Shown here: positions 21,040 through 29,806 of the stretch, piece after piece
How positions within the stretch are numbered: the stretch's first letter is position 1
How the letters are laid out: the number at the start of each line of letters is the position of its first letter
Sequence record: SRR22947727_1096
Reading direction: 5' to 3' (one strand)
DNA length: 46,806 bases
The notes under the pieces: model-generated
Database searches by the model: none
The model's input: the letters and a program-made list of their open reading frames with translations, nothing else
Told to the model about the DNA's origin: nothing
Made by a program: the position numbers and the translations under genes

Positions 21040-22243
21040 ATCGATTTTTATAATTTTGGTATTATTTTCATTTTCTCATTCAGTCTTCTCTTTAGATGAT
21101 GCTATTAGCCAAAGAACATATGAATATCTTAAAAGAGTAAACGAGGCTATTGATGAAGAGAATTGGGAAAGAGCAAAAAAAGATTTAGATACATTTGATC
21201 GATACTATCAATCAGATCAAAGTTATGAACGAGCATTGATGCAACAGCTTTATGGAAATTTTTATGCAATTCAGGGGAAGTACTCTGAAGCTATAAGTAA
21301 ATATGAAAATGCTCTTCGATTTAAAAAGATGCCTTTAATTACCGGATTTCAAGTTCGTAAGAATCTTGCCCAATGCTATTTTCAAACTTCAGATTATAAA
21401 AATACTATTAGGGTATTAGAAGACTACAAAGCCATAGCAGAAAAGAGACTTCAAATCTTTCAACCCTTAAATGCAATCATGCTAGGTATTTCTTATTACC
21501 AAGAGGGCGACCTTATGCCTGCATATGAGAATATCGCATTTGCAAATGCATCATCAACAAAATATAAAGAGGATTGGCTTGGTTATGAATTTGGAGTAGC
21601 TATCGAGCTAGAGATGTTTGAAGAAGCTAAGGATGTTGCTCAACTCCTTGTTTTCTTAAATCCTGATAAAAAAGAATATTGGAAGCAACTTAGCGGTTTA
21701 TATTTTGCAACTGATTCAGATGATGAGTCTCTAGCTGGATTTGAGCTTGCTTATGAAAGAAATACACTGACAAAGGAAAAAGAATTTGTTGACCTTGCTA
21801 AATACTATTTATACAAAACTCTTCCTCAGAAGGCTGTAAAGGTTCTTGAATCTGGAATTAAATTTGGAATTGTTGATAAAACTAAAGAGAATTATGACCT
21901 TTTAGCTGACTCTTATTTTCTTCTAAAAGATAGGGTAATTGGCATTGAGTATTTAATTAAATCATTAGAGATTGATAGTGATCCAGATACTGCATTTAAA
22001 ATTGGTCGGTTTGCATTTGAAGAAGAGAATTGGGATCTTGCATATACATATCTCAAGAAGGCTAAGGATCTTAAATATAGCAAAACACCAGGAAGATTGG
22101 ATTTATTGATGGGAATTTGTAAGTATGAAAATAATGATTACAAAACAGCATCTAAATTTTTTAATTATGCTTTAGATTTTGAGGGAACAAAAACTTCTGC
22201 AGAGGGCTGGCTTTTATATCTTGAGAACCTTCAAGCAAGCTGA
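21032..22243 (+). CDS. TPR protein of the TonB system (TtpD-like)
   Basis: Signal peptide, TPR helices, YWKQLSGLY; last gene of the cluster. Confidence 0.85.
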   Translation: MFRSIFIILVLFSFSHSVFSLDDAISQRTYEYLKRVNEAIDEENWERAKKDLDTFDRYYQSDQSYERALMQQLYGNFYAIQGKYSEAISKYENALRFKKMPLITGFQVRKNLAQCYFQTSDYKNTIRVLEDYKAIAEKRLQIFQPLNAIMLGISYYQEGDLMPAYENIAFANASSTKYKEDWLGYEFGVAIELEMFEEAKDVAQLLVFLNPDKKEYWKQLSGLYFATDSDDESLAGFELAYERNTLTKEKEFVDLAKYYLYKTLPQKAVKVLESGIKFGIVDKTKENYDLLADSYFLLKDRVIGIEYLIKSLEIDSDPDTAFKIGRFAFEEENWDLAYTYLKKAKDLKYSKTPGRLDLLMGICKYENNDYKTASKFFNYALDFEGTKTSAEGWLLYLENLQAS

Positions 22244-22274
22244 ACTTTTTTAAGTAAATTATTGTCAAATACTT

Positions 22275-22952
22275 ATGATCATACAAACAAAAGATATTAA
22301 GCGATCATTCGTTATGGGAAGCTCAACGGTTGATGCTCTAAAAGGTATTAATTTCGGTGTTGAAAAAGGAGAGTTTATAGCAATTATGGGGCCATCAGGG
22401 TCTGGTAAAACTACATTAATGAATATTATTGGTTGTTTAGACACTCCAACATCTGGTCAATATTTATTGAATAATAATCTTGTTAATAACTTAGATGAAG
22501 ATGAGCTTGCACTAATTAGAAATAAAGAGATTGGCTTTGTATTTCAATCCTTTCATCTTCTAGCAAAAAATTCAGCACTAGATAATGTCTTACTTCCATT
22601 AAAGTATGCTGGTAAAGGTAAGGAAGAGTCTTTGCAAAGAGCCACAGAGGTCCTTCAGGCAGTCGGGTTAGAGGATAGAATGCATCATGGTCCATCAGAA
22701 CTTTCAGGCGGTCAGCAGCAAAGGGTGGCTATTGCTAGAGCACTTGTAAATAAGCCAAGTATTATTTTTGCAGATGAGCCAACAGGTAATCTCGATACCA
22801 AAACAGAAGCAGATGTGATGAATCTTTTCAAAAAATTAAACGGCGAAGGTCAAACAATTATTTTAATCACACATGAGCAAGAAATCGCTGATCAGTGCAA
22901 AAGGATTATTAAAATACGAGATGGCCTCATTGAATCTGATAGAATTAATTAA
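22275..22952 (+). CDS. ABC ATP-binding protein, MacB/LolD type
   Basis: GPSGSGKTT, IGFVFQSFHLL, LSGGQQQRVAIARAL, ADEPTGNLD. Confidence 0.96.
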   Translation: MIIQTKDIKRSFVMGSSTVDALKGINFGVEKGEFIAIMGPSGSGKTTLMNIIGCLDTPTSGQYLLNNNLVNNLDEDELALIRNKEIGFVFQSFHLLAKNSALDNVLLPLKYAGKGKEESLQRATEVLQAVGLEDRMHHGPSELSGGQQQRVAIARALVNKPSIIFADEPTGNLDTKTEADVMNLFKKLNGEGQTIILITHEQEIADQCKRIIKIRDGLIESDRIN

Positions 22953-22964
22953 TTAGGAACATTT

Positions 22965-24188
22965 ATGAATAAAATCAATAAAAAGCAATTGGTACTACTC
23001 GGCATTATCGTAATAGTTGTTGCATATTTTTCTTTATCTCCAAAGGATGAACCTAAACAAGATGAGGCTTTAGCAAATTTTTATAAAAAAGATGAAGTCT
23101 CCCCAAAAAAATTATTTGTTTCAATCGAAGCATCTGGCTTAATTGAAGCCATATCATCTGTAGAAATTAAATCTAAAGCTTCTGGTGAAATTCTTTTTTT
23201 AGGTGCTGAGGTAGGTGATTTCGTATCTAAGGGCTCAATGCTTTCTCAAATTGATCAAAGGACTCCAAAAAATATTTTAGATCAGTCTAAATCAGACCTT
23301 ACTGCCTCTAACGTAAGGCTTGAAAATGCTGAGGCTCAATTTAATAGAGGAAAAGAACTTCATGACAAAGGGAGTATATCTGACAAAGACTTTGAAGATA
23401 TACAAGAGAACTTTGCCCAAGCCAAATCCACTCTTGTAAGAACTCAAGTTACCTATGAAAATGCTAAAATTGCATTAGATGATACAGTGGTTAGATCTCC
23501 TGTCTCAGGAACAGTAATATCTAGACCTGTTGAAGTTGGTCAGGTTATATCATCACCAACTCAAGCTGTTGGCGGCGGTACAGTTTTAATGACAATGGCA
23601 GATCTTTCAAAGGTAAGGGTAAGAGCCCTTGTTGATGAGATTGATGTTGGCAAAGTTTCTATAGGTCAAAAAGTGTCTATCAAGGTAGCTGCATACAGAG
23701 ATAAAGAATTCTTTGGTACTGTTTCTAAAATAGAACCTAAAGCAAGAGTTGAGCAAAATGTTACAACTTTTCCTGTTTTAATTGATATAGACAATAAAGA
23801 AAACTTATTACTACTTGGCATGAATACAGACGTTGTTATTGATGTCTTAAATAAAGAAGTTGCTTTAAGTACCCCATCTATGTCATTACGAACACGTAAA
23901 GATATTTATTCTGCAGCTTCAATAATTAATATGCCAAAAGAAAGTATTGATAAATTTCTTGAAGACCAGGTAACCGGTGAAAATTTTAATAAATTTATTG
24001 TTATAAAAGACTCATTAAGAGGACCCTTATTAACATGGGTAGAAATTGGTGTTTCTGACTTGGCTAATGTAGAAATTGTAGATGGCTTAAATCAAGGAGA
24101 TACTATTTATATTATGCCAAGCAAAAGCCTTTTTGATTATCAAAAAAGATTTAAAGAACGTGTGAACGCCTCATTTAGCTTTGGTTAA
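22965..24188 (+). CDS. Efflux periplasmic adaptor subunit (MacA/HlyD type)
   Basis: N-terminal TM, VEIKSKASGEI, VRSPVSGTV, VDEIDVGKV..GQ. Confidence 0.92.
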   Translation: MNKINKKQLVLLGIIVIVVAYFSLSPKDEPKQDEALANFYKKDEVSPKKLFVSIEASGLIEAISSVEIKSKASGEILFLGAEVGDFVSKGSMLSQIDQRTPKNILDQSKSDLTASNVRLENAEAQFNRGKELHDKGSISDKDFEDIQENFAQAKSTLVRTQVTYENAKIALDDTVVRSPVSGTVISRPVEVGQVISSPTQAVGGGTVLMTMADLSKVRVRALVDEIDVGKVSIGQKVSIKVAAYRDKEFFGTVSKIEPKARVEQNVTTFPVLIDIDNKENLLLLGMNTDVVIDVLNKEVALSTPSMSLRTRKDIYSAASIINMPKESIDKFLEDQVTGENFNKFIVIKDSLRGPLLTWVEIGVSDLANVEIVDGLNQGDTIYIMPSKSLFDYQKRFKERVNASFSFG

Positions 24189-24193
24189 TAGAT

Positions 24194-25450
24194 ATGTTTT
24201 CTAGTATTAAGAAATTAGTATCACCATTCATGATAGATTTATCTCTATTTAGAGAAGCTCTTCAATCTGCATCATCATCAATAAGATCAAATAAAATACG
24301 CTCTTTTTTAACTGCCTTGGCAATTATTATTGGAACAGCGGCTGTTATTGCAATTATTGGTCTAGGTTCAAGCGCCTCAAAATCACTAGATGAAAAAATT
24401 GATGATCTTGGAGGCAGAACGCTTTATGTTGGCCCTAGTCAAAGAAAAAGAGGTGCAGTAACACAGGGCTTAAATCCTCTTGTGATTAAAGATGCAGCAG
24501 CTCTAGAAAAGGATCTTGAGCATAGTTGGAAAATTTCTCCAACAATGACTGGTTCTAGGCAGATTAAATTCAATACAGCTAATATAAGTGGAAGAGTTGG
24601 GGGTTATTTACCAATACACTTTAATGTTAGGGGTTTTGATCTTGATATTGGAAGGTTATTTAATGAGGAGGATAATTTAGCAAGAAGAAAGGTTGTTGTG
24701 CTTGGATCAAAAATTCCTCAAGAACTAAAAACAAGACCTGCTCTACTATTAGGCAAACAAATTACAATTGCAGGCGTTTCATACGAAGTTGTAGGCATAT
24801 TAAAAGAGGAAGGTTCAACAGGATGGCAAAGCCCTGATGAAGAGCTATACGTTCCTATATTAACAGCTGCACAAAGAATATTTGGAAGGGTTAGTGTTGA
24901 TTCCATTAATGTAGGCGTTGCTAATGATGCCAATATTGAACAAGTGATGATGTCTATTGAGAGAATATTAAGACAGCAGCATGATATTGGCCCAGGCCAG
25001 GATAATGATTTTAGAATTGCTGACTATAGTCAATTTTCAGATTTACGCAGAGATGCTACAAATATCTTTACTTTTTTAATTGCAGGAATTGCTGCTATAA
25101 GCTTACTAGTTGGAGGAATAGGGGTTATGAATATAATGCTTGTTTCTGTAACTGAAAGGACAAGAGAGATTGGTTTAAGAAAAGCACTTGGAGCATCGAG
25201 AAACATAATTATGCTTCAATTTATTGTAGAAGCTATTCTTCTTTGTGGAATTGGAGGCATTATTGGAGTATTGATTGGAACGTCATTGCTAGCTCTTTTA
25301 ACTTCTATCTTTAGCTGGCCTTTTGAAATGCCATTAGTTGCAATAATTGGATCGATATCTTTCTCAGCTCTAGTTGGATTATTTTTTGGAATATGGCCTG
25401 CCAATAAAGCTGCTAAATTAGATCCAGTAATAGCATTAAGGCATGAATAA
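24194..25450 (+). CDS. ABC permease, MacB/FtsX type
   Basis: RSFLT.L.IIIG, SLLVGGIGVMNIMLVSVTERTREIGLRKALGA, PANKAAKLDP..ALR.E. Confidence 0.95.
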   Translation: MFSSIKKLVSPFMIDLSLFREALQSASSSIRSNKIRSFLTALAIIIGTAAVIAIIGLGSSASKSLDEKIDDLGGRTLYVGPSQRKRGAVTQGLNPLVIKDAAALEKDLEHSWKISPTMTGSRQIKFNTANISGRVGGYLPIHFNVRGFDLDIGRLFNEEDNLARRKVVVLGSKIPQELKTRPALLLGKQITIAGVSYEVVGILKEEGSTGWQSPDEELYVPILTAAQRIFGRVSVDSINVGVANDANIEQVMMSIERILRQQHDIGPGQDNDFRIADYSQFSDLRRDATNIFTFLIAGIAAISLLVGGIGVMNIMLVSVTERTREIGLRKALGASRNIIMLQFIVEAILLCGIGGIIGVLIGTSLLALLTSIFSWPFEMPLVAIIGSISFSALVGLFFGIWPANKAAKLDPVIALRHE

Positions 25451-26543
25451 GCTAAAAGTTATTCAAATTTTACCTGAATTAAATATTGGCGGTGTTGAAA
25501 GAGGTACTAAAGACTTCTCCAAGGCGCTTGTAGAAAAAGGGCATGAATCCATTGTCATTTCAAATGGTGGCATTTTTGAAGCTGACATTGAAGCAAATGG
25601 CGGAACCCATATAAATCTTCCAGTACATAAAAAAAATCCTTTATCTTTTTTCCTGGCATCTAAGCTTGCAAAAATATATGAGGACAATCAACCTGATATA
25701 GTTCACGTTAGATCAAGAATGCCTGCTTGGATAAATTTTTATGCTTTTAAAAAATTAAAAAAGAAACCAATACTTGTTTCTACATTTCATGGTCTTTATA
25801 GCACTCCTATATATAGCCAAGTTATGTCAAAAGTTGATCACATAATAGCAATTAGCAAAACAGTCCGAGATTATATAGTTGATACATATGATGTTGATAA
25901 TTCAAAAATAACTATTATTCCACGCGGTTGCGATCCAAAAGTGTTTAATAAAGATAATCCAAAAACTGAGTGGTTAGAGTCCTGGTACGATGAGTTTCCA
26001 CAGACTAGGGATAAAATTATACTAACTCTTCCAACAAGGATATCTCAATGGAAAGGTGTTGATAGCTTTATTGAGCTAATTTCTTCAATGAAAGATAGTA
26101 AATTTCATGCTTTAGTTGTTGGTCCAACATCTAGAAAGAAACAGGCATACCTATTAGAGTTAAAAGACAAAGTTGCTGAAAAAGGTATAGGTGAGTTCAT
26201 TACATTCACAGGCTCTAGAAATGATATTTCTAATATCTATAAAATATCAGACGTCGTATACAATTTATCTATTAAGCCTGAGCCTTTTGGAAGAACTACC
26301 ATTGAAGCTTTGTCATCCGGAGCTAAAGTTATAGGCTGGAATCATGGTGGAACAAAAGAAATTCTTCAAGAGCTTTTTCCATATGGCTTAGTTGATTTAA
26401 ATAATATAGAGTCATTAATGGAAAAGACTATAGAAATATCAGAAAAAAACTTTTACCAACCTAAGCCCAATACCTTTCTTTCAGAAAGAATGATAAATTC
26501 AACAATCTCGCTATATCAAGATCTAATTAATAAATCTTCATAA
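25443..26543 (+). CDS. Glycosyltransferase family 4
   Basis: GGVERGT, IVHVRSRMPAW, KPEPFGRT..EA. Confidence 0.93.
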   Translation: MNKLKVIQILPELNIGGVERGTKDFSKALVEKGHESIVISNGGIFEADIEANGGTHINLPVHKKNPLSFFLASKLAKIYEDNQPDIVHVRSRMPAWINFYAFKKLKKKPILVSTFHGLYSTPIYSQVMSKVDHIIAISKTVRDYIVDTYDVDNSKITIIPRGCDPKVFNKDNPKTEWLESWYDEFPQTRDKIILTLPTRISQWKGVDSFIELISSMKDSKFHALVVGPTSRKKQAYLLELKDKVAEKGIGEFITFTGSRNDISNIYKISDVVYNLSIKPEPFGRTTIEALSSGAKVIGWNHGGTKEILQELFPYGLVDLNNIESLMEKTIEISEKNFYQPKPNTFLSERMINSTISLYQDLINKSS

Positions 26544-27499
26544 ATTTCTTTAATTTGCATTGATTTTTTTTGAACTGAGAATTCATTTCTTACATATTCA
26601 TATATAGATGATTGATCAAAATTTTCTATTTGATCTACATAATTATTAATCAATTTTGTAAGTGAATTAATATCATCTGGCATAGCTAAAAACTCTTTGG
26701 GAAGAATCTGATTCATATGACCAACATCAGTTGATAGAACAGGGACTCCACAATTAAGAGCCTCAAGCGCTACCCTTGGGCCACCCTCACTTCGAGATGC
26801 CACTAAAAGAACCGAAGCTTTTTTATAGAGATCTATTAATTTATCCTGACTAACTTCATTGATAATCTTTATTTTTTTATCTAATTTATAACTTGATATC
26901 AATGATTTAAGATTATTATATTCTTTACCAGTTCCAACTATTAAGAGGGTTGAGTTAACATTCTTCCATGATTTAATAAGCAAATCAAAACCTTTAACTT
27001 TCTCCAGTCTCCCTACTGACAATGCATACTCATTTGTCCTGATAATACTATTACTAGACATTAAAGGTGACCACCAATTTGAAATAACCTTTGTCTCTAC
27101 ATTTAGGTTAGCAACTGTTTTAGATGAGACCCCAATAACTAAATCAGCTTTCTCATAGGCTTTTAAATTTTTCTTCACCCCATGGATAGTTGCAAGGTGT
27201 TTGAAAGGTATAAATTTTTTTACAATATTAATAACTTGTGTGGTCTTTGTTCCGTGAGAATGCACAATATCAGGATTTATTTTATTAATAAGATATGCGA
27301 GTTTTAGAATTTGATAGATTGACCTTCTTCCAAAATTTTCTATCTCTATTAGCTCCAGTCCGGAATTAAACTTTTTTGATATACCCGAAGAAACGATTAT
27401 TTTTATATCAAATTCGTTTTTTTGATTACAAGCAAGTTCATTTACATGTTGCTCAATTCCTGCAAATGAGTCACTCATTACTATATGAATTATTTTCAT
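26516..27499 (-). CDS. Glycosyltransferase family 4
   Basis: PDIVHSH, VGRLEKVKGFD, SEGGP...LEA. Confidence 0.92.
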   Translation of the reverse strand: MKIIHIVMSDSFAGIEQHVNELACNQKNEFDIKIIVSSGISKKFNSGLELIEIENFGRRSIYQILKLAYLINKINPDIVHSHGTKTTQVINIVKKFIPFKHLATIHGVKKNLKAYEKADLVIGVSSKTVANLNVETKVISNWWSPLMSSNSIIRTNEYALSVGRLEKVKGFDLLIKSWKNVNSTLLIVGTGKEYNNLKSLISSYKLDKKIKIINEVSQDKLIDLYKKASVLLVASRSEGGPRVALEALNCGVPVLSTDVGHMNQILPKEFLAMPDDINSLTKLINNYVDQIENFDQSSIYEYVRNEFSVQKKSMQIKEIYEDLLIRS

Positions 27500-28452
27500 A
27501 ACTTTTTTAGTCTCTTTAAGATTGTATAAGCCAGTTTTTCAGCCTCACGTAAAACATCAAAGTGTTTATTTTGAGGTCTTAGCTGTAGTTTATATAATCC
27601 ATCTGCCATCAGATTTTTATCCAAGGATCCTATCCTTCTTTCGTTAATTAGCATGCTTATATTTTTTACAATTTTATTAGATTGCTTTGCATCCATATCA
27701 AATAAAAAACTTTTTCCAGAGGATGAAAGGCTTTCGTATACCATGCTAACACTATCTCTTGTTATCACTCTGATCGATGAGCTTTTAAGAATATCTTTAT
27801 ATATATTTTTGCTCTCACTATTATTTATATCTTCAAAATTAAGATTTTTGAAATCTTTAATTAAATTGTAAATTTTATTATTCATAGAATCTGGTGTTCT
27901 TCTTGAGTTAAAGATATGCCACATCTTATATGGATAAATTGAAGATAAAAAACGAATTTGTTCTAAAATGTAGTCCTCATTAAATTCATAATGTTTGTTT
28001 TTACCGCCAATTGAAAACATGCCCAAACTCTCCTCAACAGAACCATCATAAACACTAGAAAGAGAACCTTCGAAGTAAATAGATTTTGACTTACTTATCT
28101 TTTTATTTGAATCATGAAAAGGCAAGCATATAAAATCGAATGACTTTCTAAAAATAATATTAGGACATAGGATCGAAACTATTTTTACTTTTTTATATTT
28201 TCTTTTGAGATTGACCATTTTTAAATGGGTATTACTGCCTGCCCCAATAATTAAATCAAAATCAAAATCATGAATTTTATTCGTACTTGATTTAAATAAA
28301 CCAAAGGTCAGCCATTCAAGCGCATCATTTTTGATCTTATCTATTGCAATCTCTTGGATATTAACATTTTGAGAAATTTTAATTTCACGTAGCAAAGCTT
28401 CCACTTGCTTCTCATGGCCTAGCTTTCCATCTTTAATCCATAAAATGTTCAT
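27496..28452 (-). CDS. ELM1/GtrOC1-like putative glycosyltransferase
   Basis: DGK.GH..Q, IIGAG..TH, P.HD, IGG, SRRTP, T.DSVSMVYE. Confidence 0.85.
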   Translation of the reverse strand: MNILWIKDGKLGHEKQVEALLREIKISQNVNIQEIAIDKIKNDALEWLTFGLFKSSTNKIHDFDFDLIIGAGSNTHLKMVNLKRKYKKVKIVSILCPNIIFRKSFDFICLPFHDSNKKISKSKSIYFEGSLSSVYDGSVEESLGMFSIGGKNKHYEFNEDYILEQIRFLSSIYPYKMWHIFNSRRTPDSMNNKIYNLIKDFKNLNFEDINNSESKNIYKDILKSSSIRVITRDSVSMVYESLSSSGKSFLFDMDAKQSNKIVKNISMLINERRIGSLDKNLMADGLYKLQLRPQNKHFDVLREAEKLAYTILKRLKKL

Positions 28453-28496
28453 AAATTAATACGTTTTTGCAATTAACACTTTGTTATAATAACGAT

Positions 28497-29264
28497 ATGT
28501 CTGACTATAAATCTATCTTTCTTTCTGATATTCATCTTGGTTCTAAGGGATGTCAATCAGACTTTCTGAACAATTTTCTTAATAATCATTCTTGTGATAA
28601 TCTTTTTTTAGTTGGTGATATTATCGACTGTTGGAGACTTAAGTCAAAGTTATATTGGCCGCAGTCTCATAGTGACGTATTTAATAATTTTTTAAATAAA
28701 TCAAAAGAGGGCACCAAGGTAATTTATATAACAGGAAATCATGATGATTTTCTTCGAAACTATCAACCATTAGAGCTTGGGAACATTGAGCTCAAAGAAG
28801 AACATTCATACACAACCGTAAAAGGGAAGAAACTTTTAATTATTCATGGTGATCAATTTGATGTCGTAACAAGATATGGAAAAAGACTTTCTATTCTTGG
28901 GGATAAGATTTATACCTTACTTCTTAAGATCAATATTATTTTAAATTTTTTTAGATCAAGATTGGGTTTTGGATATTGGTCATTGGCAAAATACTTAAAG
29001 GATAAGGCAAAAAAGAAAGTTAATAAAATGTCAGATTATGAAGAGTCATTATCACATGAATGCAAAAGAAGGGATTTTGACGGTCTTGTTTGCGGGCATA
29101 TACACAAAGCTGAAATTTCGACTATCAATGGTGTCTCTTATCATAACTGTGGCGATTGGGTTGAATCATGCACCGCTTTAGTTGAAACAAATCAAGGTAA
29201 CTTTAAGATTATTGATTGGGGAATGATTGAACGAGCTGATATGAAACTAATATCTAATGGCTAG
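28497..29264 (+). CDS. UDP-2,3-diacylglucosamine diphosphatase-like metallophosphoesterase (LpxH-like)
   Basis: SDIHLG, GDIID.W, GNHD, HGD.FD, CGHIH, N.GDWVES. ATG 28497 preferred (TG-t-TATAAT 6 nt upstream). Confidence 0.88.
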   Translation: MSDYKSIFLSDIHLGSKGCQSDFLNNFLNNHSCDNLFLVGDIIDCWRLKSKLYWPQSHSDVFNNFLNKSKEGTKVIYITGNHDDFLRNYQPLELGNIELKEEHSYTTVKGKKLLIIHGDQFDVVTRYGKRLSILGDKIYTLLLKINIILNFFRSRLGFGYWSLAKYLKDKAKKKVNKMSDYEESLSHECKRRDFDGLVCGHIHKAEISTINGVSYHNCGDWVESCTALVETNQGNFKIIDWGMIERADMKLISNG

Positions 29265-29281
29265 GTTTAAATTTACCAATA

Positions 29282-29467
29282 ATGAAAAAAAATATTAAAA
29301 ATATAGCTATAGCACTAATATCTCAATACGGTGAAGAGGCTGAGACGATTGCCATGCTTAGAGCAGCAGAGTATGCAGCATCTTTGGACACTGAAAATTG
29401 GCTTCATTGGGAACAGGTTATCAAAACAATTAATAATATTAATCTTAATCCTTCTTTAGATGGATAG
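29282..29467 (+). CDS. Small hypothetical protein (61 aa)
   Basis: Fills the gap in operon orientation; A..LI..YG..A...A..RA....W..V..I helical-hairpin pattern. Confidence 0.7.
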   Translation: MKKNIKNIAIALISQYGEEAETIAMLRAAEYAASLDTENWLHWEQVIKTINNINLNPSLDG

Positions 29468-29503
29468 TAATCCAAGCAGCTTTATAGTTAAATAATTAAC
29501 CAA

Positions 29504-29806
29504 ATGGATATTAACTCAAAATTAAAAAAACTATGCTCAGATTCTTTCAAAGTAGATTTAATTGATGTCACTAATGAGAGTTACCTCCATAATACATCTA
29601 TTAATTCGGAATCACATTTTAAACTTATACTTGTATCTAATGATTTTATTGGATTAAAAATAATAGATCGTCATAAAAAAGTGCATCTAGCATTATCAGA
29701 TATTCTGAATGATATTCATGCATTATCATTGCATTTATTCACAATTGAAGAATTTAAAAAAAATACTTCAGATTTAGAATCCCCAGAGTGCGTAAATAAA
29801 AAATGA
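29504..29806 (+). CDS. bolA: BolA family protein
   Basis: NES..H, ESHFK..LVS..F, RH..V, IHALS. Confidence 0.92.
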   Translation: MDINSKLKKLCSDSFKVDLIDVTNESYLHNTSINSESHFKLILVSNDFIGLKIIDRHKKVHLALSDILNDIHALSLHLFTIEEFKKNTSDLESPECVNKK

